In this document: in pieces, positions 35,036-44,913 of the stretch | Layout: each line of letters starts with the position of its first letter | How positions within the stretch are numbered: the first letter of the stretch is position 1 | DNA from: a virus | Lineage: Duplodnaviria > Caudoviricetes | IMG/VR virus record: IMGVR_UViG_3300036982_000927 | Coordinates: 1 to 64,000 of that record | Reading direction: 5' to 3' (one strand) | Length of the DNA: 64,000 nucleotides | The notes under the pieces: model-generated | What the model saw: only the letters and a program-made list of their open reading frames with translations | Databases searched by the model: none | What the model was told of the DNA's origin: nothing | Translations under genes and position numbers: made by a program

Positions 35036-36544
35036 CTACACGTGTTCAAGCTGGATGCACGGCAAATCCGCGCCAAACAAGTAAGTTTGATCCGGATTCA
35101 TCCATTTCCGCCCGCCCATAATCAGGTTGTAGGCGTATCGAGGCCAAACGAGGTAGGTTCCCAGAGGAGTGGTTCCCCTCAACTTTACTCCCGTCCACCA
35201 CATGAAGTCAGCGTTCCAATTGGTGTCCTGGCAATAGATGGTCAAAATCCAGGCCGGGGTAAGATGCAGCACGTCGTTTACGTCCACATACTGAGCACTC
35301 CATTCGACTTGAATATTGCTGTTGTCAACTTCGTAACCGTTTAGGTTTAGGTTAATGTCTGTTGGAACTGCCATGCACCCGTCTGGATTCATAATCCATC
35401 CCAACGCCCATGAAACAGAACAGGCGAAAATCCCGTTCCATTCATTTCCAGGGCGCGTCGAAAAAGCGTAGGTGTTCGGCCCCCAAAACCCTGGGTGAAT
35501 TGCAGGCGGGGCCGTGAGATTTGCTTTGACGTGGTTCAAATTACGAACCTTAACTTGAGTGATCGCGGGAGTAGTGTCGCGGTATATTCTCGCTCTCAAA
35601 ACGAGATTACTCGAAATAGTTGAAGAGTTCGCCCCGTCGAATCGGCAACTCCCGCAGTGCTGAGAAGGGTCATAGTAGGGGTCCACTGGATCAAAGGAAC
35701 CAAGTTGTCCATTTACCCATGAAATATTACGCAAGTTGATTCCGATGCCGTAAGTCTCGCCAGCAGCCAACGCTGTTTCCAGAAAGAAAAAGGATTCTAT
35801 GCCCAACAAGGCTTGTATCGTAGCCTGATTGTAACCAATGAAGGAACAGACCGCCATCCGCATACCCCGTTCCGCATTATTACGAAAAGACTGAAGCCCG
35901 AAACCGCTGTAAATTAGACTTCCATCATTGGCTTTCCAATCTCCACTAACGTAATCAATATCAATATCCCATCCATCACCATCCGGCCACGGATCGGGAA
36001 TGTTCACAACGTTGACGGTATAAGGATCGTCAAAATCCAAATGCGCAGAAGGGGCGGGAATGTTAAGGGTATAGAAAGTCTCCTCCACCCCAAAACTCGT
36101 TGGCGGCGGGCCTAGCTCTTCCCACGGAAGCACAGCGCACGGGTCCACGGGTGGCGGTGGCGGCGCGAAGCTATAAGTGACAAAATCACTGTAATCCGTC
36201 TCCCCCTCGTTAGTGATTGCGGTAACCCGAAAAGTTCCTTCGGGAAACCCCAAAATAATGTCGGTATTCTCGGTGCATTCCGCTACCACCGTATAAGCGC
36301 CATAGGGGTCGAGTTCATCAACCGCCTTATAAATTGAATAGCAAAGCGCCCCAGGATAGGAATCCCAAGTCAAATGAACTCCTGAGAGAACTCCCTCAAT
36401 GACCAACCCCGTTACCCGACCTAGCCGAAAAGGTTCGAGCATGATCACCGGTTCCGCCGTGGATGAAAAAACCCACTCACACGTGGGCGAAGAAAAATAA
36501 TGGATCGGAAGCCGCCGCAAACCCACATAGTCAAACACGTTCAT
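35036..36544 (-). CDS. Putative tail/receptor-binding protein
   Basis: Beta-rich, FN3-like N-terminal segment, lower GC than flanks; start moved to ATG 36544. Confidence 0.5.
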   Translation of the reverse strand: MNVFDYVGLRRLPIHYFSSPTCEWVFSSTAEPVIMLEPFRLGRVTGLVIEGVLSGVHLTWDSYPGALCYSIYKAVDELDPYGAYTVVAECTENTDIILGFPEGTFRVTAITNEGETDYSDFVTYSFAPPPPPVDPCAVLPWEELGPPPTSFGVEETFYTLNIPAPSAHLDFDDPYTVNVVNIPDPWPDGDGWDIDIDYVSGDWKANDGSLIYSGFGLQSFRNNAERGMRMAVCSFIGYNQATIQALLGIESFFFLETALAAGETYGIGINLRNISWVNGQLGSFDPVDPYYDPSQHCGSCRFDGANSSTISSNLVLRARIYRDTTPAITQVKVRNLNHVKANLTAPPAIHPGFWGPNTYAFSTRPGNEWNGIFACSVSWALGWIMNPDGCMAVPTDINLNLNGYEVDNSNIQVEWSAQYVDVNDVLHLTPAWILTIYCQDTNWNADFMWWTGVKLRGTTPLGTYLVWPRYAYNLIMGGRKWMNPDQTYLFGADLPCIQLEHV

Positions 36545-36548
36545 ATGG

Positions 36549-38549
36549 TTAAAGAGTTTCTCCAACGCTTAGCACCGGAGGAAGAGACCAACTCAACTGA
36601 TTCTCCGCCGTGCGAACGGCCACTCGGAGCGCGACCCGATCCGCCACCGCTTGTGAAATTACACTCTCGGCGTAGCCGACTCCAACGACCGACTGGCCTT
36701 CTTGATCCACCGTGGTTGTCTGGTTCGAGGTATATCGTTCGATGGCGTGCTGTAGCACCCCAAGTTGGACCTCCGTAAGGTCCCCCGCGTGCGCGCCCGC
36801 GCCATCAAAGCGCACCGCATTGAATCCAGTTTCGTCCTGGCATGCCTCTCCGTTGCCTGACAGGTCTTCCTTCTCCGGGGCGGCCCACGTGCGAATCCAG
36901 CGAATCGTCGCCGGCCCGTGACCAACTATCGCAAGCTGGAAGCTTTCATCCACGTTTTCTTGCTTATCGCTCTCCGCTGGGCACGATCCCGTTTCGGTGT
37001 CATCCACCAACCGGCGCGCATCCTCGGTGCGAACCCGACGGGATTGCGACTTATAAGTCACGATATCCGTGCTAAGCCGAATCGGAACCCCATACGTCAA
37101 GCCACCACGAGTCACGTGAAACCGCTTTGAAAGAAGCTTCTTGTAGGCCCCCCGAAGCCCGCCCGCGTAGAATACGCCCAGGTCGAAGTCTTCGTCGAGA
37201 GCGAGCAAAGCAAGATCGGCGTAACAGAACCTACAATCCGCGCCGGGAAGCTTATTTTGCGCCGGAGACGTGAGCCCAAAATAGCCGCGTGTTTCGACAA
37301 ACCAAGTGATCGGACACCCGTTGTCCAGCCGGTCTGGAGTGAACGCCTCCCAAAGCCGATTTTTATCGTCTTCGTCGGTGGACACGTAGTAAATTCTTTC
37401 GGAGCCAGCAATGTCACCGTAAACCCATTCCACAGGCCGAGTGCCAGTCCAGAAACCAGACCACGACGGACCCGAGTCGTCGGAAATTGTTTCAAAGCTC
37501 GCGTTATTGTAAACCCAAGTATGAGAATTAAACGTGTCCTCAAAAGGCACGCTCATAAGAAGAAACTGCCCGAACGCGCCCCCGGCTACCAGACTAAGGT
37601 CCGCTGAAAGTTGAATCTTACTCCAGTGCATTTCGTGATCGCGAATCGGCATTCGCGACTTATTCGTCGCCTGCACGGCTTGGTCCAAAAAGGTCTGCCC
37701 ACTCTGCGAGAACCAACTAAGTTGGCCGTAATGGCTGATAACCGATCGCTGAGACGTGCAGCCAACCGAGAAAATCTCCCGCTGCATATCGGTGGTAGTC
37801 GTCCACTGCGACCGCTCGCGAATGTTCGCCTGCACAAGCGACCCGTTCGTGCCGGTAAAAACCATCAACTGCGGCGCTTCGAGTCCGGGCGTCTTCGCTA
37901 GAGCAGTCACTTCACCGGAAAAAACGAAAGCCCCCACTCCGCCAAGATAAAGCTGTTCGCGGAAGGAAACTGGATTGGCAATGTCAGAAGCAAACACGTA
38001 TGGGCCGCGCGAAACCCAGAGGCGGTCGCCGACCCAACACATGGACTTCCCGACAGGCATCTCAAAAGGCAAGTCCCGAAGATGCCCTGAGTTGCTACCG
38101 TCATACCACGCTGGCGCAGTGTCGCCGTCTTGAATGAACATCATCCGGCGCGGGTCTTGCACGATGATTGCCGAAGTAAGTTCCGTGGTTTCCCGATAGG
38201 CTGATTGCTCCGCGAGACACCAATAAACCTGCTTGGCCACGGGATTCATGTGAACGTTAGTCAACATGCGCCAGTTCTTGAATGGATAGTCCGCCACGTA
38301 AACGTGCCCTTCGATGACGATCACCATTTGCTCCAGGCCGAGAAGTGGCCGGAAGATGGCGGCTCCCTGGAGATTCCCATCCGGAAGTTCGACAATGCAG
38401 CGGTAGCCGGGACGACACGAAATCATGCCGCCGACATTCACGACGTTGCACGCATTCCAGTAGTAACCCACCGGAAGTTGCCCGGGATCGCAGTCGCTTT
38501 TGCAACCCCGAAACCAGGTTCCGTCGTGGTCCAGTGTAAGTTCAGGCAC
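36549..38549 (-). CDS. Putative tail nozzle (tubular protein B / P22 gp10-like)
   Basis: ~665 aa beta-propeller-like sequence downstream of a tubular-A-sized gene; GTG start overlaps the EndoVII stop. Confidence 0.55.
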   Translation of the reverse strand: MPELTLDHDGTWFRGCKSDCDPGQLPVGYYWNACNVVNVGGMISCRPGYRCIVELPDGNLQGAAIFRPLLGLEQMVIVIEGHVYVADYPFKNWRMLTNVHMNPVAKQVYWCLAEQSAYRETTELTSAIIVQDPRRMMFIQDGDTAPAWYDGSNSGHLRDLPFEMPVGKSMCWVGDRLWVSRGPYVFASDIANPVSFREQLYLGGVGAFVFSGEVTALAKTPGLEAPQLMVFTGTNGSLVQANIRERSQWTTTTDMQREIFSVGCTSQRSVISHYGQLSWFSQSGQTFLDQAVQATNKSRMPIRDHEMHWSKIQLSADLSLVAGGAFGQFLLMSVPFEDTFNSHTWVYNNASFETISDDSGPSWSGFWTGTRPVEWVYGDIAGSERIYYVSTDEDDKNRLWEAFTPDRLDNGCPITWFVETRGYFGLTSPAQNKLPGADCRFCYADLALLALDEDFDLGVFYAGGLRGAYKKLLSKRFHVTRGGLTYGVPIRLSTDIVTYKSQSRRVRTEDARRLVDDTETGSCPAESDKQENVDESFQLAIVGHGPATIRWIRTWAAPEKEDLSGNGEACQDETGFNAVRFDGAGAHAGDLTEVQLGVLQHAIERYTSNQTTTVDQEGQSVVGVGYAESVISQAVADRVALRVAVRTAENQLSWSLPPVLSVGETL

Positions 38550-39033
38550 GGTGCTTCTCCAAATAGTTAGCAGCTTTAATAGCCACATCTGAGCGGTCGT
38601 GAAGATACCCAAGGGCAAGATTACAACACTGGCAAAGTAACCCCCGAATTTTTCCAGAAGTATGGCAATGATCTACAAAAGGACGCCCCATGAATTTACC
38701 ACAAACGCCACACCTTCCATTTTGGTTGGCGAACATAGAATCAAAATCTTTTATAGAAAGTCCATACGTCTGTTTCAAATGATCCGACCGCCGCCTTTCA
38801 GGACTTAACTTTCTCCGACGATCTCTACGATAGACCGGATGCTTGCCTTCCCAATCAGAAGCATTCCGCGCAGCACACTGTTTGCACCAAGACGATTTTC
38901 CAAGACTCATTCTTTTGTCCTCAAAAAATTCGTCCCACACCTTGGTTTGACCACACTTCGTGCAGCGTTTCGTGCCTGTCGCCTGAAGCAGGCAATTTGC
39001 AAAAAATAAAGTCAGTTGTTGGCTAAGTTCCAT
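38542..39033 (-). mobile_element. Endonuclease VII-like homing endonuclease
   Basis: CTKC...CKQC; YGLS...CGVCGK...VDHCH...IRGLLCQCCNLALG. Confidence 0.9.
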
Positions 39034-39036
39034 ATT

Positions 39037-39999
39037 TTAGCGAATGTCTTCGTCGCCCTTATCGCGCAACGAGTTCATATCAACGACTTGGATCGGGTGG
39101 AAAGTCGGAGGCTCGCTCGCGTCCTGAGCTTCCAATTCGAGCCTGGCGGCGTCCGCTTCATACGCGTGCGCGAGCCCCAGGTCAACATCGTGGTAATATT
39201 TCACGGCGCGCATCGCGTTGAGAAAAGCCAGCCGGCTTTTCAACGTGACCCGATCATACCGGCTTGTAAGCAGCGGAGTCGTGCGCCGGTAGGCGATGCG
39301 AACCCAACTGCACGAGCACCCAAGTTTGATGCGCCGGTATTGAGGAAGTGTCTCGTCAGGCTCATACACCCCGAGAACTATTCCCCCCGTGGGGCCTCCG
39401 GCGTCAATGGTCGAAAGGCGAACTGGACCATCCGTTTCGTCCTTTTGAACACCTATGATTCGCGCGACAACTGGCGCGCCAGCGTCAGGGATCGCGTAGC
39501 CGTAGATCGTCGGGACTTGGTAACCGTCAAGCCACACACCGCCGACCTGGCGACGGAGTTTGTTTCCCGCCGTGTCAAAGCCATAAACAATCAGGGCCTT
39601 TCCGTTGTCGGAGGAAGTCGAGACATACCCCACCAACTTGTGGCCTTCCGTCAGGTCGCGATACGTGCTATGCCATCCGCCCTGATCCTGCCAGGTCCAG
39701 TTACACGCACAAGTGCAATCACCCGGGCCATTCAGGTGGAAGTTGAAAAGTGAACTGAGCCCGAGCGTTGGCTTTCCGCCGATATTCACGGCGAGCACCG
39801 TTTCGACTTCGCGCGGAAGCGTAACACACGAGCCCCCGCTGGTGCAAATATCAAGCCAGCCTTTCCAACCTTCAAACTCAGCCTTGTTGGCAATGAGGGT
39901 GACGGCGTCACTCATTGCCCGAAACAACGCGATGTCGGAGCAAGACCCAACGATCTTTTTGCTCTCGTCCCAAACGTCTTCAACTCGAAACATGATCAA
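39037..39999 (-). CDS. Putative head-tail adaptor (tail tubular protein A-like)
   Basis: Size and position; helical termini with an inserted beta domain. Confidence 0.45.
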   Translation of the reverse strand: MIMFRVEDVWDESKKIVGSCSDIALFRAMSDAVTLIANKAEFEGWKGWLDICTSGGSCVTLPREVETVLAVNIGGKPTLGLSSLFNFHLNGPGDCTCACNWTWQDQGGWHSTYRDLTEGHKLVGYVSTSSDNGKALIVYGFDTAGNKLRRQVGGVWLDGYQVPTIYGYAIPDAGAPVVARIIGVQKDETDGPVRLSTIDAGGPTGGIVLGVYEPDETLPQYRRIKLGCSCSWVRIAYRRTTPLLTSRYDRVTLKSRLAFLNAMRAVKYYHDVDLGLAHAYEADAARLELEAQDASEPPTFHPIQVVDMNSLRDKGDEDIR

Positions 40000-40328
40000 C
40001 CTTCGTCTTCCTGCGCCTTCTCGCGCCCAGCCCGAAGGCCATCCAGGGCTTCCTCGGTCTGTTTAGAAGCACTCTTTTTCGGCTCGCTTCCCTCGACACT
40101 CACAATTTCCAGAACGTCCACCGTGCAGGAATAATGCTCGTCGCCGTTCCGCCCTTCGCTCTCAGAACTTCCAGACTTGCGAAAACGAATGGTCATCACT
40201 CCACTCTTCGGCAGGTCCAGGGGTTCTTTACCTTCGTAGTGAAACGACGGGTAGTAAGGTTCCGTCCTGTTGATTTCGGCGGGGCCAAATTCAGGCCCCG
40301 GTTTGCCAAGGTCAAGGTTCATTTTCAT
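39996..40328 (-). CDS. Hypothetical protein
   Basis: 110 aa in the structural operon; preceded by a T11 run. Confidence 0.6.
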   Translation of the reverse strand: MKMNLDLGKPGPEFGPAEINRTEPYYPSFHYEGKEPLDLPKSGVMTIRFRKSGSSESEGRNGDEHYSCTVDVLEIVSVEGSEPKKSASKQTEEALDGLRAGREKAQEDEG

Positions 40329-40352
40329 AGTCAAAAAAAAAAACAAGTGCCA

Positions 40353-41027
40353 TCAGAACACCGATACGTCAAGCCGGTCAACGCACCAATCGGCAGTTGA
40401 GCCGCTCCAGTAGATGTTTGCCGCCGTGAAATAACCGTTAACGCTCTCGTCGCAGGCCACGGCGCCACTGTGAAAATAGTAGCCGGCTGGCTGAAGTCCA
40501 TTAAGTGTTCGCGCGTATTTCATGCGGTCCTCAAAAGTTGCCACCGCCAACGAGTTCGCCCCAGTTGGCACTGTATCATTCATCACAACTTCAACGGTGT
40601 AATTAGGACTTCCCCTCACAATGTCCACAAAATACCCCGACACGTGGTTCAGCACCCCCTCGTCGGCAATGTCATACCCAGAGGCGCCGCCCCCACCCGT
40701 GAGCGTAACCCCTACTTTCTTGTAATAAGCGATGGTTCCGGAAGCATATCCTCCGGACCCGTTATAGGTCCAGGTGGCCGTGCTATACGCACCGATCCAG
40801 TGATCGGTTGTGGCGTCTCCTAGAATGTTGGTGGTCCCTTTACAAATGCCCATGCCCCACGTGGGCGTTGTCGCGGTGGCCGCTCCGGACAGAGCGACAA
40901 GCGCCCCAACCCGAATTCGGCTCCAGTTGGCGGTTCCATTTGGTAGTGTAATTAGCCGCGCGCACTTTGCCGCGTCAAGTAGCCCCCAAAGGCGCCCCTG
41001 CAAAGATTCAATTTCGTGAACGCTCAT
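40353..41027 (-). CDS. Putative tail fibre/appendage protein
   Basis: Gly/Thr/Trp-rich beta sequence; ATGA overlap start. Confidence 0.5.
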   Translation of the reverse strand: MSVHEIESLQGRLWGLLDAAKCARLITLPNGTANWSRIRVGALVALSGAATATTPTWGMGICKGTTNILGDATTDHWIGAYSTATWTYNGSGGYASGTIAYYKKVGVTLTGGGGASGYDIADEGVLNHVSGYFVDIVRGSPNYTVEVVMNDTVPTGANSLAVATFEDRMKYARTLNGLQPAGYYFHSGAVACDESVNGYFTAANIYWSGSTADWCVDRLDVSVF

Positions 41028-41890
41028 CGAGCCACCCAATCCCCATCCCAGTAAGAGCCCCCCGCCAGACTGTCAAGATCATTGCCATCCGCATAACTTT
41101 CAAAATCGTCCGTCGGCCCGGGACCGTAAGGAAGCGCGCCCGTAAGAGCCACGGCATAGCGAGCCGAAAGCCATTGCATCATGGCGCTACAATTCTCGGC
41201 GCTCACGGCATCGTCATACCAAATAAGCTCCGCGAAGTCCATGCTTGTATAACCACTGCCCCCAATGTTTCCACCAATAGCCAGCCCGCCCATAGTGTTT
41301 GTTCCCGGATTTGCCAGCGCCAACAAAGTCGAAGAGTTCACCGCATACTTTGAAGACGCCCCATCAAAGATTACACAGGCCAAAATTGGAGCGCCCGCGC
41401 CCGGGTAGCAGGCTCCAAAAGGAACATCGGCTCCGCCGTTAACCATGACTGCCAGTCTTCCATAGGTATCCCGCTCAAAAAACCACTGACACAAAACGCT
41501 TCCCGTGCAAATAGACGTATTATAAGAACTGGTTGCCATCCTGGCTACAAAAAAAAGCGTCTGCGGTTGTGCCTGGGCCGCCCCGGCCACTAGCATTATG
41601 TCCGTAGAAGCAAACCGAATTATCGCCCGGCCATTCCATTCTCCGTCTTCCCACGTAGGACGTTGACCCGCCGATTTCGCCACGAGGTTCATTCCGGCAC
41701 CACCCTGATCGTCCCAGAAATTCACGTCCGTTCCGTCCACCACAATCACATTTCCCGCCGCATCCCGGACCCCGGTTTCTGCTTCCATCCAGGTGTAAAG
41801 ATTCGGAATGTCCGTCGGATCGGCGATTACCACCGCCGCCGAGGACGCGAGAAAAGCCTGATCGAAAAAACTTAAGCCAATTCCGGGCAT
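41024..41890 (-). CDS. ConA-like (LamG) lectin-domain appendage protein
   Basis: PNL..W..A..GV...W.DQ.G.G.NL...RPT...GRAIIRF...ELIWYD pattern; paralog of 58298-59008. Confidence 0.6.
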   Translation of the reverse strand: MPGIGLSFFDQAFLASSAAVVIADPTDIPNLYTWMEAETGVRDAAGNVIVVDGTDVNFWDDQGGAGMNLVAKSAGQRPTWEDGEWNGRAIIRFASTDIMLVAGAAQAQPQTLFFVARMATSSYNTSICTGSVLCQWFFERDTYGRLAVMVNGGADVPFGACYPGAGAPILACVIFDGASSKYAVNSSTLLALANPGTNTMGGLAIGGNIGGSGYTSMDFAELIWYDDAVSAENCSAMMQWLSARYAVALTGALPYGPGPTDDFESYADGNDLDSLAGGSYWDGDWVAR

Positions 41891-41891
41891 A

Positions 41892-42512
41892 TTATGTCTC
41901 CGCTGCCCAGACCGCAACTACGCCAGTTTCGTTCGCGTCAAACGCTGTGAGCGAAAGGACCGCAATCTTGTTTGCCGCGAGTGTCGTGGGCTTAGCACCA
42001 ACAAATTTCCAGTTGGCGTTGAATGTCACGTTTCGGATCGAACCGTCACAGACAACCCGAACCACAACAGAACGTCCCGCCGCGCGGTTAGAACTGTCGG
42101 TAAAGTCAATGTCGCCTGTCAACGTGCAGGTCTTGTAATCGTCCCCCGTGAAATCCACCGTAACCGAGGCGGCATAGTTCAAAACTGAATGAGTCGGGGA
42201 CCACGCTGGCCCCGCCGCGCCGTTGGTGCCGTTGGTGCCGTTGGTGCCGTTGGTGCCGTTGGTGCCGTTGGCGCCGTTGGCGCCGTTGGCGCCGGCAGCG
42301 CCGGCAGCGCCGGCAGCGCCGGTGGCACCGATGGCGCCGGTGGCGCCGGTGGCGCCGGTAGCGCCGGCTGGACCTGTAGGACCAACTGCCCCAACAATGG
42401 CGGGATCAACCCGCCAAATCTGCGTGATCGCACCAACTGGAATACTCACTGGAACGTAACTTCCAGCGGGAATTATCGCACCGCCGAAAATGGGCTTTTG
42501 ACTAAGTTTCAT
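41892..42512 (-). CDS. Collagen-like tail fibre protein
   Basis: About 20 consecutive G-X-Y triplets. Confidence 0.75.
   Translation of the reverse strand: MKLSQKPIFGGAIIPAGSYVPVSIPVGAITQIWRVDPAIVGAVGPTGPAGATGATGATGAIGATGAAGAAGAAGANGANGANGTNGTNGTNGTNGTNGAAGPAWSPTHSVLNYAASVTVDFTGDDYKTCTLTGDIDFTDSSNRAAGRSVVVRVVCDGSIRNVTFNANWKFVGAKPTTLAANKIAVLSLTAFDANETGVVAVWAAET
42219..42366. repeat. 9-nt tandem repeats encoding the collagen triplets
   Basis: GCCGTTGGT x5, GCCGTTGGC x3, GCCGGCAGC x3, then GCCGGTGGC variants. Confidence 0.95.
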
Positions 42513-42712
42513 TCTAGAATTATTCCGTCTCCGTTGCCCTCTTGAATCAACCCACCATCTTCATCCTGCCACAAGTCAGTTGAAGGATTGCTCGTAATCA
42601 ACGTGAAGACCGGGGCATCGGGACCGACCTTCGCGGAAACGTTTTGACACGTGGCGGCGAGAAGACCCTCTTCGTCGCGCACTACTGGGTAGAATTGTCC
42701 AAACTCAGCCAT
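42509..42712 (-). CDS. Small acidic structural protein
   Basis: 67 aa, overlaps both neighbours; LxQEDGGxIxxE-like C-terminus. Confidence 0.6.
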   Translation of the reverse strand: MAEFGQFYPVVRDEEGLLAATCQNVSAKVGPDAPVFTLITSNPSTDLWQDEDGGLIQEGNGDGIILE

Positions 42713-43767
42713 TAGTTTTCAAGTTTGACCGCTACAATTTGCGCTCCGGTAGCCACGATGTAAGCGCGGTTAGACACCCCACCGTTCAAGTCCGCAATCA
42801 AACCAATGGTAGTCCCGCTCACAAGCGGAGAATAGCGAATGCAAATTGTCACATTTTCAATCCGATTTGCATTCATCCCAGAAACTCGCCGACCAGAACC
42901 CGGAAGGTCTCCAACGGTATTCAGATCGCGAAGCCTCAAATTGACCACGTCGCTAATAGCCACTGACGGGTCCGGGAGAACTTCAATCGTTGCTGTAATC
43001 AGCCAGGTGCCACTGCTAAGCGTGACTTCTGGCGTCGAACTTACGAAAATAACTTGCTGCGGAAGAGCCTGAACATGAAAGTCTGTTCCCGCATCCGCAT
43101 AGTAGAACTCATTCTCAGCCGTGTAAGATGACCCGGGAGAACCCTGCGGACCAGGAGCCCCCGCTGGGCCTTGCAACCCCACGATACTCTGGCCTGGCGG
43201 CCCGGAAGGCACAACCAACTTGCCAGCGGTAATCGTGGCCGGCGCGCTGCCTAGCGGCTCAATCAACGTCAGCCACACGTTACCACTAGGGTCCGTAGCA
43301 GTGACTAGGTAATACCCCGATGATCCGATGAACACATACAGGCCAACAAGAATTGACGGATTGTAACTGGTGAGCACCTGCACATACGGACTGGCCAACG
43401 TCGGCTGCGTAAAACTTGCCAGCGTGACTGTGAAGGCGTTCTTGCCAGGATCGCCATCTTCACCCGGATCACCCTGTGGTCCGGTAGCTCCGATGATACC
43501 GTCGTTGAACAGCCGAAGAAAATAGCAAGCAAGCCCCTCACCTTCGATCCTCGGATTGTTGGGCAGCCCAACTTCAAGATTACAAGGAAGCGTCCACGAA
43601 ACCTGACCATTCACCTCGGTCTTCGTCACCGAACCGAAAAAGTGAATCGTAAAATTCTCGATCTGCGACGGAATTGTTTCACAAGTCGCGCTATTAATCG
43701 CGCTCGCCCCGCACGGATTCCCGCACGTCGAAGTAATTGTCCCATCATTGCAATATCCGCAACTCAT
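42712..43767 (-). CDS. Collagen-repeat-containing fibre/spike protein
   Basis: Two short G-X-Y tracts (GATGPQGDPGEDGDPG; GLQGPAGAPGPQGSPG); Cys-rich N-terminus. Confidence 0.65.
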   Translation of the reverse strand: MSCGYCNDGTITSTCGNPCGASAINSATCETIPSQIENFTIHFFGSVTKTEVNGQVSWTLPCNLEVGLPNNPRIEGEGLACYFLRLFNDGIIGATGPQGDPGEDGDPGKNAFTVTLASFTQPTLASPYVQVLTSYNPSILVGLYVFIGSSGYYLVTATDPSGNVWLTLIEPLGSAPATITAGKLVVPSGPPGQSIVGLQGPAGAPGPQGSPGSSYTAENEFYYADAGTDFHVQALPQQVIFVSSTPEVTLSSGTWLITATIEVLPDPSVAISDVVNLRLRDLNTVGDLPGSGRRVSGMNANRIENVTICIRYSPLVSGTTIGLIADLNGGVSNRAYIVATGAQIVAVKLEN

Positions 43768-43768
43768 A

Positions 43769-44536
43769 TCATTCCCCTTTCCGAGTGAGTTCTTTCACAA
43801 CCGCCTGCACGTCCTGATCCTGATTGATTTGCTGATGTGTCCGAAAAAGCGACTGCACCCGCGCGAGCAGCGCTGGGTCCGCAACTTCCTTCGCCACAGC
43901 TTTCTTGAATTCCTCCCCGCCTTTGAGAAGTTGCGTTACCGCCTTCTTCGCAAACGCTCCGCCGGCCTGCACGGCGTTTAAACCGAGCGCCAAGGGCGGA
44001 TTCGTGGTGGCATAGACCTTCAACGCCGTCCAAACCAGGCCGGCAATCACCAACCCAACAAAACCGAGCACGAGCACAGCCCCAAGCCAGACGAAATAGG
44101 GCACTTTGAAAAGGCCGGTATCCTCAATCTTCTTGCCTTCGAGCGAATCGTTCCGCTCCTTGAAATCCGCAATCTTGGAGTCAAGTTTCGCCATCGCGTG
44201 GCGAAGTTTGTCGGCAACCGAAGCGCCGGAAGCCGGCTTGGAAGGGCTGCCAAGGGAGTCCGACACCGCGCCGCTGAGCGTCAGGGCGTCCCCGGCGGGC
44301 GCCAGGACGTTGGTGGATACATTCTCGGCCCGGGCGGCGTCAAGCGCTGCCTTGGCACGCTGCTCAGCCAGCGCAGCGGCCTGCCGTTGCGTCTCCCGAT
44401 AGGTTTCCGACGGTTCTGGGAACGCCTTCACCTCTTTCTGAAAAAGTTCGACTGGTTTGGGCATCAAACTCGAACAGCCCGTCCCGAACACCGCCAGGGC
44501 GCACGTCAGCGCCAAAATCATCTTACGCATACGCAT
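43769..44536 (-). CDS. Lipoprotein with C-terminal transmembrane helix (candidate unimolecular spanin)
   Basis: Signal peptide ending FGTG-C-SS, coiled-coil middle, TM segment YFVWLGAVLVLGFVGLVIAGLVW; follows the holin candidate. Confidence 0.55.
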   Translation of the reverse strand: MRMRKMILALTCALAVFGTGCSSLMPKPVELFQKEVKAFPEPSETYRETQRQAAALAEQRAKAALDAARAENVSTNVLAPAGDALTLSGAVSDSLGSPSKPASGASVADKLRHAMAKLDSKIADFKERNDSLEGKKIEDTGLFKVPYFVWLGAVLVLGFVGLVIAGLVWTALKVYATTNPPLALGLNAVQAGGAFAKKAVTQLLKGGEEFKKAVAKEVADPALLARVQSLFRTHQQINQDQDVQAVVKELTRKGE

Positions 44537-44563
44537 AGCAAGTCCTCCAATGAATCCAGACCG

Positions 44564-44824
44564 TCAAGTCAAAACTTGCGAAGAGTTCTCTCCCGCCGTC
44601 TTTGCTTTTCGGACGTATTTTCTAGGCACCCGGACAGCCTTGGCTTTACGATAGACGTAAAAAACTGTTGCGACGGCAACCGCAACCTGCCCGAGTAAAA
44701 GCAACGCCTTCAACGCTGGCTCCAGGCCCTCAAGAAAACTGATCAAACTGGCCGAAGCCAGGTTCGCTGACGCCAGAAAACCGACGCCGTGATCCACCGA
44801 CGGATTGAACAAATGTCGTATCAT
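44564..44824 (-). CDS. Putative holin
   Basis: 86 aa, two hydrophobic helices, highly basic C-terminal tail. Confidence 0.55.
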   Translation of the reverse strand: MIRHLFNPSVDHGVGFLASANLASASLISFLEGLEPALKALLLLGQVAVAVATVFYVYRKAKAVRVPRKYVRKAKTAGENSSQVLT

Positions 44825-44831
44825 ACTCTTT

Positions 44832-44867
44832 AGAAGAAAGGACCGGCGAACTTTCGCCCGCCGGTCC
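44832..44867 (-). terminator. Rho-independent terminator after the capsid gene
   Basis: GGACCGGCG...CGCCGGTCC stem followed by TTTCTTCT. Confidence 0.8.
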
Positions 44868-44913
44868 AGTTGTCCCACCTTGCGAACCGGGAAGGTTCGC
44901 TACCCCGAAAACC

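Noticed and set aside
40333-40343. A11 homopolymer as a phase-variation or frameshift site
   Set aside because: It is intergenic, upstream of the likely ATG at 40328, and changes no reading frame
26641-43983. GTTTAAAC copies at 26641 and 43976 as regulatory sites
   Set aside because: They are deep inside coding regions with no adjacent promoter elements and are compatible with chance
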